Assembly (NCBI GenBank): GCA_009602735.1
Contig: WELA01000805.1
Span: 381,237-421,091, forward strand
Source of the DNA: Mesotaenium endlicherianum
Lineage: Eukaryota
Direction of reading: 5' to 3'
Length of the DNA: 39,855 nt
Position 1 is the stretch's first letter. Every line of letters begins with the position of its first letter. The translations under genes were made by a program, and so were the position numbers. The notes under the pieces were generated by a model. That model had not been told where the DNA came from. It saw nothing but the letters and a program-made list of their open reading frames with translations, and ran no database searches. This document shows positions 13,801 through 24,156 of this stretch, one piece after another.

Positions 13801-15638
13801 CTGGGCGCGTTTGCGTGCGTCTGGGGCGCGTTTGCGTGCGTGTGCTTGCGTGCGTCTTTGTGTGCGTGTGTGCATAATCAGGTGCTTTCATTCTTCCAGA
13901 CGATTCGTGCGGGCTCCCTATCTGTGTTCAAGAAGCACGCGTGCGTGCACGTGCCGTGCAAATTTTGAGAGTTTGTCTGTTACGATTGTGTGATCATACA
14001 ACGCGGCTCACATCGTCCCCTTGTGCCACCTGTCGACGCAGTGGTCCCGGAGTACATGCGGCGAATCGAGGCGACCCTGCTCAATCATATCACGCACGAC
14101 TGCGCGATGTGTCACACCATGGGCGCGCCATGTGGCAGCGGCAGCATGTGCCTCCGCCCGCCTGCCGCCCGCCTCATCTTCCCTTTCCAGGTGGGCACCT
14201 CCTCGCGCTTCCAGGTGGACCCCCACATGCATGGTAGTCAACGCGTCACCTGTTGAAGCTGTGAATGACAATTCAATAACTTAAAGAGTGCCTTTTTAGG
14301 GTTTCGGGTTTAGCCGCTCAAATGGAAGAGGAGACTCTTGGAGAGGTTGGCTGGAAGTTCCGCCCGACACACGGCTGCGGATGTGGTTGCTCTGAAGAAC
14401 TTGCAAAATCGATGTGTGCGGATGAGGGAGTGAGCGGGTGAGCGTGTGTCCTCGTGCGTGTTGGTCCGCAGTGCCAGGTGATTGCAAAACAGCGCTATTA
14501 TAATTGTTGGCAGGTCCACCACTCGCTTTTTTGCCGTCATCCCGTATCTTTCTAAAGACCGTGTCATGTGCTGCAAAGCTTTATACACATGAACACACGC
14601 GTGCGAGCGCGCGCGCACACGCACGCACGCAAACACACACATCCATGTGTACCCATATGCGCCACAAGCAGGCGCACAAACTCTTACCAACCTCTGCTGG
14701 ACGGGGCCGGCCCGCCGCCCGACCCACGGCCTGGCGTGCGTGTCTGCGCGTGTGCGTGCATGCGTGCGTGTGCGTGCATGTATGTGCAGGAGAAGGACGT
14801 GAAGAGATGCGGCGCGTGCAAGAGCCTGCACCACCGGGACTGCCTCCTCGCGCTCGGCAGCCTGTGCCGCGTGTGCTCCGGCGAAACGGAGCTCCCCCTG
14901 GCACCCCCCCACTCGCCCGCCCCGAGTGTGTGCAGCGCAGCGCCACCTGTCACCCCCCCACAGCACCGACGAGCGTCTCTGCAAGCGTCTGCCGGGGCGG
15001 GGTCGAGCGCTTCGAGCCTCGCCAGCTCGCCACGTGGCGCCGGCCCCTCCCTCTCCCTCCCGCTACCTTCCCAGCCAGCGTCCGCTAGGAGCAGCCAAAG
15101 CCTGGTAGATGTGCAGGCCGGGGTGGTGGAAGGGAAAGGGGAGGGGAGCCAGGCAGGGGGGGAGCAGCGGGAGGAGGAGGAGAGTCGTGCAGCGGCACCT
15201 CTCCTCCTGCCGGCTCTTCTGGCGCACCTGGAAGATGCCGGAACTGCCGGAGCTGCCCAGAGTGCCGCCTCAGCCACCACACCCCCTGCCGCCGCCGCCG
15301 CCGCCGCCGCCGCTGCTGCTGCTGGCAGAGCTGCTGGAGCTGCTGCTCTACCAGGAAGAGCGGGCGAGCATACGAGCGCTAACGGCGGCACAGGTGACAG
15401 CAGGGGTGGCGGTAAGGTCAATGGCAGCAGCCAATTGCTTCGACGAAAGAGCAGCGCGGGGCGTGAAAAGGGTCACGATAATGCTGACGTGGCCCAGGCA
15501 GGGGGGGGCAGAAGCTCTGGGTGGGGCTGGGGCGGCAGGAGCGGCGTGAGCAGGAGCAAGGGCAAGGGGAAGGGAAAGGGGGAGGCAGTGACCATGGAGC
15601 CTCTGGAAGGGTTCGAGGACTCTATCCTGGCCTTATAG
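6584..15638 (+). CDS. PX (Phox) domain + Rubicon-homology (zf-RING_9/DUF4206-type) zinc-finger protein, ~1,600 aa
   Basis: Exons 6584-8164, 8906-10636 (contains N-gap 9468-9546, across which the frame shifts), 11758-12013, 13495-13720, 14042-14190, 14790-15638; all GT-AG with matching phases. PX motif HTVYCIRV..WEVERRFRDFVALY..IEYRRELLEDCL. RH-domain motifs QHYSCAGC, RLCEYTCQLFCGACH..IPSRVLHVWDF, HITHDCAMC..C..C..LIFPFQ, RCGAC..HHRDC..CRVC. Block YMDVVRDMEDILLLDS resembles the plant family as recalled. The start codon and low-complexity exon 1 are less certain. Confidence 0.88.
7640..7935 (+). repeat. Coding repeats in PX-RH exon 1: 12-bp (DRLG)n units and (CAG)n polyglutamine
   Basis: gacaggttggga-type units at 7682-7735; CAG run at ~7844-7885; also (CAGGGG)n = (QG)n at ~7022-7054. 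Confidence 0.9.
9468..9546. other. Assembly gap inside a coding exon (other gaps: 3615-3644, 20216-20531, 30949-31388, 32517-32638)
   Basis: Runs of N; every gap is flanked by G- or C-rich runs. Confidence 0.99.
9605..10005 (+). other. PX domain coding region (approximate bounds)
   Basis: WELQHVEVYG..GDRAVGVRSHTVYCIRV..WEVERRFRDFVALYAAL..LPMVW..RKVLGNSSPGVIEYRRELLEDCLRSLL..LLDFV; RRY/FxDF and ExRR hallmarks of PX domains. Confidence 0.85.
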
Positions 15639-17424
15639 TTGGGCCTTGTATATTAGTGTACATACACGAGAAGGACGGGAGCAAGGACACATAAGGACTG
15701 TCGAGAACATCGAGGTCAATAAATTCAACAGCAAAGTGTTTTTTCCGGAAAGTACCTGCTTGGTTTCTCTCTCTCACGCTGAATCTGTCTAGTGTATGTT
15801 TAGTGTGAATCTTGGAGTCCTAAGGCACAGTTTATCATGTTCCTTGGGGAGAGGAAGTGGGGGAAGAGACAGGGGGAGCTGCGGAGGAGAAGGGTAGTCT
15901 CAGGCTCATGAGAGCCCCATGTATGAATGCCTGTCGTTTTCGAGCGTGGGTGATGTTGAAGGTTGCACGAAGTCGGATTTTGCTCAGCTTACATGACTGG
16001 CCCTAAGTATATATATGTGTACACATGATCGAGTGAAGCACTGCTGCAGCACGGCGAGCCTGATCGAGCTACGCGTAGGGTCAGGAGGTCAGCACTGCAC
16101 CCATGTCGAGCTACTTATAAGCAAGCATGTCATCAATGTGGTGCACACAGGAGGTGAAGCCTATCTGCTCAGCGTGAAGTGCTACAAAGGGCTCAAAGAA
16201 GCTACACCACTCTGCAGTGTCCAAGGCATTGTATTCTGTTGCAAACAAATACGTCTACTCGGTGTGCTCACGTATACAGAGCCCACGCACGATGGGTGTA
16301 CACATGCATGTTGTCTACCATAGGATGTTACATTATTCAAAGTCTCCAGACATGGCATATAAGACGTATACAAGATTGTATCTGTTGCTGAAGAATAAAT
16401 TTGTTCGACCTATATGTGTGTAAATAGGGCGTATGGAACCACTCTCATTTGCTGTTCTCTTTGCATGCTGTTGGTGTTAAGGCAGAATGGACTTGCAAGG
16501 TTCCCAGTGTTGTAGAAGCTAGCTGAAAGTGTACAAGGTTTGCTTTGTTGGAAGCAGCTCTCATGTATGCTCAGATACTGCAAGGGACTTGGAGAATGCA
16601 TATGCAAGCAGCTGCAAGCCAGCACAGACACTGGTTCTCGAGCTCATATGAATCTGGTGGGTGCAACTCCTCCGCAACTTTGCATGTGCCCCGATGCTTG
16701 TACGGAACTGATGTATGTCAACGCAGACCATCTTAAGCGCATGACGGCAGCAAACTTCAGTTCAAGCAATGCATGTCCAAAGGAGAGTTACTGTGAATTT
16801 TGAACACAAGATAGGATCTGCCCAAAGGCATATTAAAAAGGGACCCACATTTATGTCCCACAAAAGGGACGTACAAACAGCATCCTTAAGTTTTGGGAAC
16901 TTTGTGAGCGTTCATATCGATACAAACAAGGGCCAATTCTAGACACCGGGCACACACCAGACACCGGACCCCAAACCCAGCCAGGCCCAAAAGGGGAGCA
17001 CCCATCGTGTCAGCCCAGCTAGACAACGCCTGCCGACTCTCCTTACCTTTCAATCGGATCTGTACCCACAATACTGCCACCTTGAGCAAACCCAGCCAGC
17101 TGACGACTTCTTGCAGCTCCTGCCCCTCTACACCTGCCTGCCACTGCTCGCTCTTTGCTTGCCCTCCAGTTTTCAACAGCACACCAGCAATCAGCCTGCA
17201 AGGGTAAAGGACAGATGCCAGTAGTGAAAGCATCGCCATCGACCGTGCCTGCCAACCTGCCACTTGGCACTCCCCGTGCCCGAGTCAACCCATGTGGGCT
17301 TCTGGGCTTTTACCAGCTAGGCAAGCTCTGCCTAAACGGGCAGCGAAGAAGGGTCGGGCTAGCAATTGCCGTTGCAGCCGGCCGGTTGTTGAGCGACAGG
17401 CAAGACGGCCACGCCAGGTGGCAG

Positions 17425-20400
17425 CTAGCTGGAGGAGAGGACGGCGGAGTAAGCGGAGCCGCTGGAGGAGGAGCTCCGCCGCGCCATGCTGGCGACGTGC
17501 GCCTGCATCTGCGCCGCCCGCACCTTGAGCGCCGTCGCGCGGTGGTAGAACTGCTCGCGCGCGAGCGACCGCGTGTGCCGCAGGTACGCGTCCACGCCCA
17601 CGCCGCTGCGCCGCCCGCCGTTGTCGTCCTCCTGCACCGCCTTGTCCAGCGAGTACATGATGTCTTCGATCGCCAGGTCGGCCGCCGTGCACTCCAGCAT
17701 CTGCCGGGACCACGCATCCTGCGGCTCGAACGCGCGGTCCACGTCGACTTCTGCCACCTCGTGCCCTGCCGCTGCGCTCGCATCGCCTTCCTCCTCCCCT
17801 CGGGGTCCCTCGCTCTTGCGGCCCCTGCCCTTGTCGTTGTCGCGCAGCCACGCCTGCAGCGCGTCTATGCTCGCCAGGTGGTCCTGTGCGCACCCACAGA
17901 GACACACACACACACACACACTCACACGCACGCACGCATGCAGAGATACACATAGCGTCCAGAATCATAGCAACACCCCCCCACCCCCCCGCCCCAGCAG
18001 CACAGGTCCCGAAGGGAAACAGCTACACAACGTAAGCCTTCTCTTATATTTGACTTTTCCCTTCAGCAATATTCCCATTCTCTGTGGTCGTCGCCACATG
18101 CACCATGCCACTATGAGTGCCCAATGTGACAGGTGGCATGCATGGCAGAAGCAGCGGTGCCCATTTTCTCTCTAATGGGGACCTCGCCATTAACCTAGGT
18201 GGGGACGTAGCACAATGCGCAAAGCACAAGGTTCTGGTCCCACTCAGCTGCAGCCCACCCGCTTGACAGGAAACAGGGGACGGGGGCAGCAGCAGCAGGA
18301 GGAGGAGCACTGCAGTGCGCCACTCAACTGCAGAACTAGCAGGGAAGGGAACAGGCATGCACGGGTAAAAAGGGGGGGGGGGAAGGCCTGCACAGCTAGT
18401 GGCAGCACTAGAGCGCCAGCGCCAGCACCCTCTTGCTTGGTGCCACTCAAAAGACCCCTGCCTTGAACAGTACCTTGCCCCTGCCCCTGCTCCTGCCTCT
18501 ACCCTGACAAAGGGACGAACACTCTTAAGCCACATTGCCTTTGCCCGCGTCACACCCTCGGAGCAGAGATGCCCTCGGAAAATAAAGAGCGCGCTCCCCC
18601 ACACGCTCCAGCACCTTACCACGTACCTGCCACTCAAGAGTGGCACTCTGATTGATGCCTGTGTCTCCTCGCTGGGCCCTCCTGCCTTTTTCATTTTTGC
18701 ACGCATGCACGCATGCAGCAGCGCCATCACTCGCCCCGGGTGCAAATCCTCGCCCCCAAAAATTAACGCCCCAAAAAAGTTCTGGAGCAACACCTCTCTC
18801 CCTCTCCCTCTCCCTCTCTCTCCCGCTTTCACCTCGATCCACGTCCTCCACACGTCCCGATTAAGAAGCTGTCCAAAGGCGCTCAATCCCTACCACCCGC
18901 CCCCACCAGGATGCAGTGGGAGCCAAACTGAGACTCGCCTCAGAAGAGTGAGCACCGAATCATCCCGAAGGCATGACGAGCTGCTCTCCGACATCCCCCC
19001 TGGCCAAACAACCCCACCTAGGACCGGCGGGCGGGCAGGCGGGCGGGCGGGTGAGGGAGTGAGCGTGCATGCACAGGACGCATACACACTGAGGAAAAAT
19101 GGGCCATTTGCGTCGCCAGAAGGCTGCCGTCTCCGAGAGCGTAAGGGCAGGCAAGAGGCAGACAAACGCGTTCGTGTGTGTTGTGCGTGTGCGTGCTTGC
19201 ACGCGAGTGCATGCTCCTCGAGGGAAGGAAAGGGAAAGTGGGCAGCGTGAAGTGTGGTTATGTCCTCCTGGAGTATCTCCCAGCGCATGGCACGCCAGCC
19301 AGCCAGCCAGCCAGCCAGCAAAATTCACGAGCACACAGGTGAGAGCAATCACCCCCCCATTCCCTGCGCGGGCACGACGTCCACACATTCGTCCCTTCCC
19401 TATGGAAATAAAGAGAGGGGTGGAAAGACGTGGCAAGGGGACCAGCAGAACCTCAAACCCAAGCAAAAGGAGGAAACATTGCCACCAAAGCAGCCAATGA
19501 CCACTCAAGCGCAGCAGCAGCTGCAGCATCGGTGCGGAATGACGTGGACAGACCTGGCCTGGCCCCACACCAGCCCTAGCAAACGCACCAGAAGATCCTC
19601 CCACCCCTGTCAAAACACGGCCTTCCCCGCACGAAGCCCACCCCCAGCCTACCCTAGCTGGCCCCCACAACAGGCCTAGCCCATATCTAGCTTCAGCCTC
19701 CAGCCACGCCTGGCCTGGTGGCGCCCAGACAGCCCCTCTTTCGCCTCGGACATCCCCTGACGTGCCCCCCCTGGGCCAGCAAGCACAGCCTAGGAGAAAA
19801 CCCAGCCCCCCGCCTCCCGGGCCAAGGGGGACGGGCGGGCCGAGACGGGAAAGCGGGTGAGCATTCAAGAGGCGGGCAGGGGCGGGCAAAGGCGGGCGGC
19901 TCTCTCACCTGGAGCTGGCGCTCGAGCGCCTCCTTCTCAGCGCGCAGCGCGCGCACGCCGCGCTCCGCCTCGTCGCCGCGCCGCTGCAGCAGCGCCTGCG
20001 TCTGAAAGTGCGCGTCCAGCTCGCGGCTCACCTCCTTGCCAAACGTCGCCAGGTCGCGCTCTGCACGCTCCGCCAGCGCCGTCACCGCATTCTTTCGGAA
20101 TGTCTCCCCCGGGTCCTCCTGTCCCTGCTGCCCCTGCCCCTGCCCCTGGCCATGGCTGTAACCGCCGTAGCTGAGGCCGGGGCCGGAGCCGAGGGGGCCA
20201 ACCGGGCGGGCGGGTNNNNNNNNNNNNNNNNNNNNNNNNNNNNNNNNNNNNNNNNNNNNNNNNNNNNNNNNNNNNNNNNNNNNNNNNNNNNNNNNNNNNN
20301 NNNNNNNNNNNNNNNNNNNNNNNNNNNNNNNNNNNNNNNNNNNNNNNNNNNNNNNNNNNNNNNNNNNNNNNNNNNNNNNNNNNNNNNNNNNNNNNNNNNN

Positions 20401-22843
20401 NNNNNNNNNNNNNNNNNNNNNNNNNNNNNNNNNNNNNNNNNNNNNNNNNNNNNNNNNNNNNNNNNNNNNNNNNNNNNNNNNNNNNNNNNNNNNNNNNNNN
20501 NNNNNNNNNNNNNNNNNNNNNNNNNNNNNNNGGCCGGGGGGGGTGGGGGAGGGCGAGGACGCGTGCTGCTGCTGGGGGCCGCGGCCAGTGGCGGCGGCGG
20601 TGCCGGGCGGCGAGGGCATGTCGCGCGGGCGCGAGAAGAGCGGGGGCTCCTGGCCGAACATGACGGAGCACGTCTGCACGAGGTCCACCAGGGAGGAGCG
20701 CGGGTAGAGCCACTCGCGCAGGTAGGGGATGTTGACGAGGCCGGAGGCGTCGACAAACGCGTGGCGCGGCTTAATGAGCATGTCGCGCGTGGGGTTGACG
20801 TAGAGCAGTGGGGCGGCGCGCGGGAAGCCCTCGAGGAGCCACGCGGTGACGGGGATGTTGTACTTGACGCCCTGGTACATCATGGGGATGGTGCCCTCGC
20901 ACTGCAGCAGCGTCACCGCGCGCCCGTCGTTATGCGTGAACTGCGCCGGTTTCACCTGCAGACTTGCGCGCAGGCGCACACACGCAGGCAGAGGATGAGG
21001 CGCAGGTGGACGCCCACAGAGAATGAGGCGGAGGAACATATGCTTGTGGAAACGCAGACACGTGTGTCGTAAGCACGCGCAGGCAGAGGCGCGGGCGGGA
21101 GGCTCACAGTAGACGCTCGAGAATACACAGGCACATGCATCTGCGCGCACACACAGGCAACCGCACAGGCACGCAACGAAACCTACGCGAAGCGGAGACT
21201 CCATTACACCCCAAGCGCGCTCACAAGCTGTCCGCAAACAACACTGTTGAATGTGCTCACATGCACGCGGGCATGTACAAGCCTCCGTGGGAGGGAGCTG
21301 CCCAAATGATCACATGCCCCCGTAATGGACAACCAGCCACTTCTTGCCCCTCACAAGCCCCTACACTGTCAAGAACCTTCTCAGAGAGAAGGGCGGAGCG
21401 GAGCAGAGAGGGCCCCTGGCCCTCTTCTCGAGCGCGCGCAGGCATGGGAGTAAGAAAGAGCAGACTGAACATGTGTACAAAGCGCCAGATGAAGCTGCAA
21501 CACCGGCCGGCACCCCAGGAAGACGAGGGAGCTATCGCAGGAGATGCTTCGCAGTAGCAGCTCGCAGCTCTGCTGACGAGATGCAACATGTGCTACAATG
21601 TATGCATAGCCTCGATGAGGGCCTCAACTCTCTTAGGTCGGGCAACTGCCAGGGTCACAAGAAGAGTAGGCCTCCTGCGACACCATGCAGTGACACCATT
21701 CAGTGACACCACGCCTGAGAAGCACACACGCCTCTCGATGTGCCGCTGGTCAACATTCAAGGGCCCTTTGCGACGTTATACACATCAGGGAAAATATCCA
21801 AAAACCTACAGTTACCACCCGCTTCAAACTTGAGGTGCTCCAAAGTCGTGCAGCAGGTCAACCTAATGTCCCAAGTTCCGAAGCTACCCCAAATGTCAAC
21901 CTGATCTTGTCACATATGCCCACCCTCAGCCTCACAGTCAATGTATAAGGTCAAGCCAACACTTGGACTTCCCATTTTTTATTTATATATTTTTCTAATC
22001 TTAATGTTGCACTGAATCGTTTTGTGAGAGCTCGCCATCACGTTAAATGCACATCCTAACAACTGGTGCAGGTTATCACCTCCCTGTTCTCCTCATGCAC
22101 GGAAACAATAATGACTGACCAAAAGCCTCAAAGGCTAATATCCAAATTGTCTTCCCCTAGTAACCCCATACCAACCCCCCCACCCCCGTTGCCCTTTAAG
22201 ATCAAACTGTTTATTTTATTTGTAGTAGAAAAGATCAACAAAAGAAAGGGGGCTTTGGCCCTTCCAGTCCCCTAGCATGTCCTGTGATGAAAATTCTCAA
22301 GCACATGCTTGCTTGCAAGTTTGTACGTCCCTTGCCCCTCCTCTCCAACTGCACGGAAAAGAGCACCCTTCAGGATGGAACCCCTAGCACACCAAGCAAC
22401 ATGAATCCTGAACCCTACCTCCTGTTTTCAGTAGCTGATGGGACACAAACAAGCTTAACCATCTGCAGTATGAAACCCCCTCCATGTAGCACAGGAATGG
22501 GATGCAATTAAATGTCTTACCAGACGGCATTCTGTTGTTCTTCTACCATGCGGCACTTACTAAAGCTCTGCTAGAATACCAAGTTCCTTCCACTTATAAA
22601 TTATTTTGACACAGCAGTCTTCCCTTTCCCGTCTTTCCTACCATTTTAGGACAATTCTTCCGCTTTCCCCGCTAGACTCACCTGCAGACCAGGGAACTCC
22701 TGGATGACAACACCAACTTGCTGGCGGATCATGAACTTCAAATCCTCCTCATAAGGCAAGGCATTAGGACCCCTCTGAGACAGCACCGAGTTCAAGAACT
22801 GCATAGTCTGATGTGAGATTTGTTGGGGCGTCATTGACCCCAT
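17425..22843 (-). CDS. VPS23: ESCRT-I subunit VPS23/ELC/TSG101 (UEV, Pro-rich linker, coiled coil, steadiness box)
   Basis: Minus-strand exons 22843-22682 (MGSMTPQQ..FLNSVLSQRGPNALPYEEDLKFMIRQQ..FPGLQ), 20955-19909 (VKPAQFTHNDGRAVTLLQCEGTIPMMYQGVKYNIPV..PLLYVNPTRDMLIKPRHAFVDASGLVNIPYL..EDPGETFRKNAV..EKEALERQLQ; N-gap 20216-20531), 17883-17425 (DHLASIDALQAWLRDN..QMLECTAADLAIEDIMYSLDKAVQE..YLRHTRSLAREQFYHRA). Two phase-0 GT-AG introns. Strong match to plant ELC/VPS23 motifs. Confidence 0.96.
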
Positions 22844-24156
22844 GTCTAGCGCCTGCCTCTGTTGACGTAGAGTTCCAATCAAACGCGGCAGACTCCCGGT
22901 CAAGCGGCGGATGCCATATGCGAAACCTACCGCTACGACGAGCCTGATTAATAACTTCAGTTCTGCTATGTAGCTCGGACGTACTTGCGAAGCAGTAGGC
23001 CAAGAAAAATATGCCCCAGTAACTTGGCTTATGTAGGGGCTGCAGAACGTTGAGTAAGCGATAAGCCGTCTGATTTTGGGCATGTAGTACTGAAATCCTC
23101 GCAGACCATAAGAAAATTGTACAATGACTGCCGTCAGTATATAATCTAAGTCACGTTTGCTAGACGACTATGTCAGTAACCTCCTCAAAGCCTACACGAG
23201 AGCCCCAACCACTCTTGCAATCAAGTTGCTGAAGAAGGAGTATGAAAACACATATTCATAGGGCATCAAATAATCGCAAGCACTCTTGGTAATAAAAACT
23301 TGTGTGCACGTTGCTGTGCATATTCTAGCTTTGTGTGATGTGCTCACCCGGTCTCGCCCTGTTGACCCTCCTCCCTTTGTTGGCTCTCCACCGTAGTACA
23401 AATTAAAAACACATGCCTGTTTCCGACCTGCTGCCGCATGCTGCAGGGGCTGGATGAAATTTCAAAGACCGTCGTGAAACTCCGCACCCTTGTTGACCAA
23501 CAGTCCAATATATGTGCTCGCGATCGAGGCGGTGGATTTCGTATCGAACCGTATCTAGGCTGCAAGGTAACTTCTCAGACACATTACCCGACGTAAAACC
23601 TTTAGCATTTTTTACGGGGGCCGTTAAAAAAGGTAGCTTATGCAGGGCCCAGGCTGTTCGCTTGCTGCTCGACAAGCAATCACAACCAATTTAACGCCTT
23701 CGCTCGACGAGGAGATGGGGAATTCCAACTTGAGTCTTGATGCATCGACGTGCAATGAAGTTACATTGAATTGGCGCAGTGGCGCCCCCACGCTCCTCTT
23801 GCTCATACACCGGTGACTGGACACGTGCCCGTATATTGCAGAACTTGCTACATGCCATTTGGCAATCCATTTCGATACGGTCGCTCACGAGTCCATGCAA
23901 GACATCAACATTGGCCAGATTGTACGGACTGGTACGGACTCATTTGGTTCCAGTTCAGGTTAAGTGCGACTTGTAGCTTGCTAGCCTTCTACATCCTCGT
24001 GCATTTTGTAACACGCATGTTGACAGGCATTTTAGGTGGTGTTGAAGTTTATTTTCAGAAGGTTGGAAGCAAGAAATCTGAGAGGGACTCCAGGAGGCCT
24101 TGCAACATTTTAGCGTATATCGGGAGAGCACCTAGAGATTACGAAGTGTAGTGGTC
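22844..24156. promoter_or_regulatory. Divergent intergenic/promoter region between VPS23 and FIP37
   Basis: 1.3 kb between outward-facing ATGs (22843 minus, 24157 plus); lower GC, repeat-free. Confidence 0.55.

Noticed and set aside
17155..18175. Long plus-strand ORFs opposite VPS23 (and minus ORFs opposite PX-RH exons, e.g. 8700-9695, 9833-10606, 14684-15421)
   Set aside because: Antisense shadows of GC-rich coding exons with no independent protein signal.
18044..19889. 280-310 aa ORFs on both strands inside VPS23 intron 2
   Set aside because: Low-complexity GC-rich intron sequence with no recognisable domain, exon boundaries or TE hallmarks.
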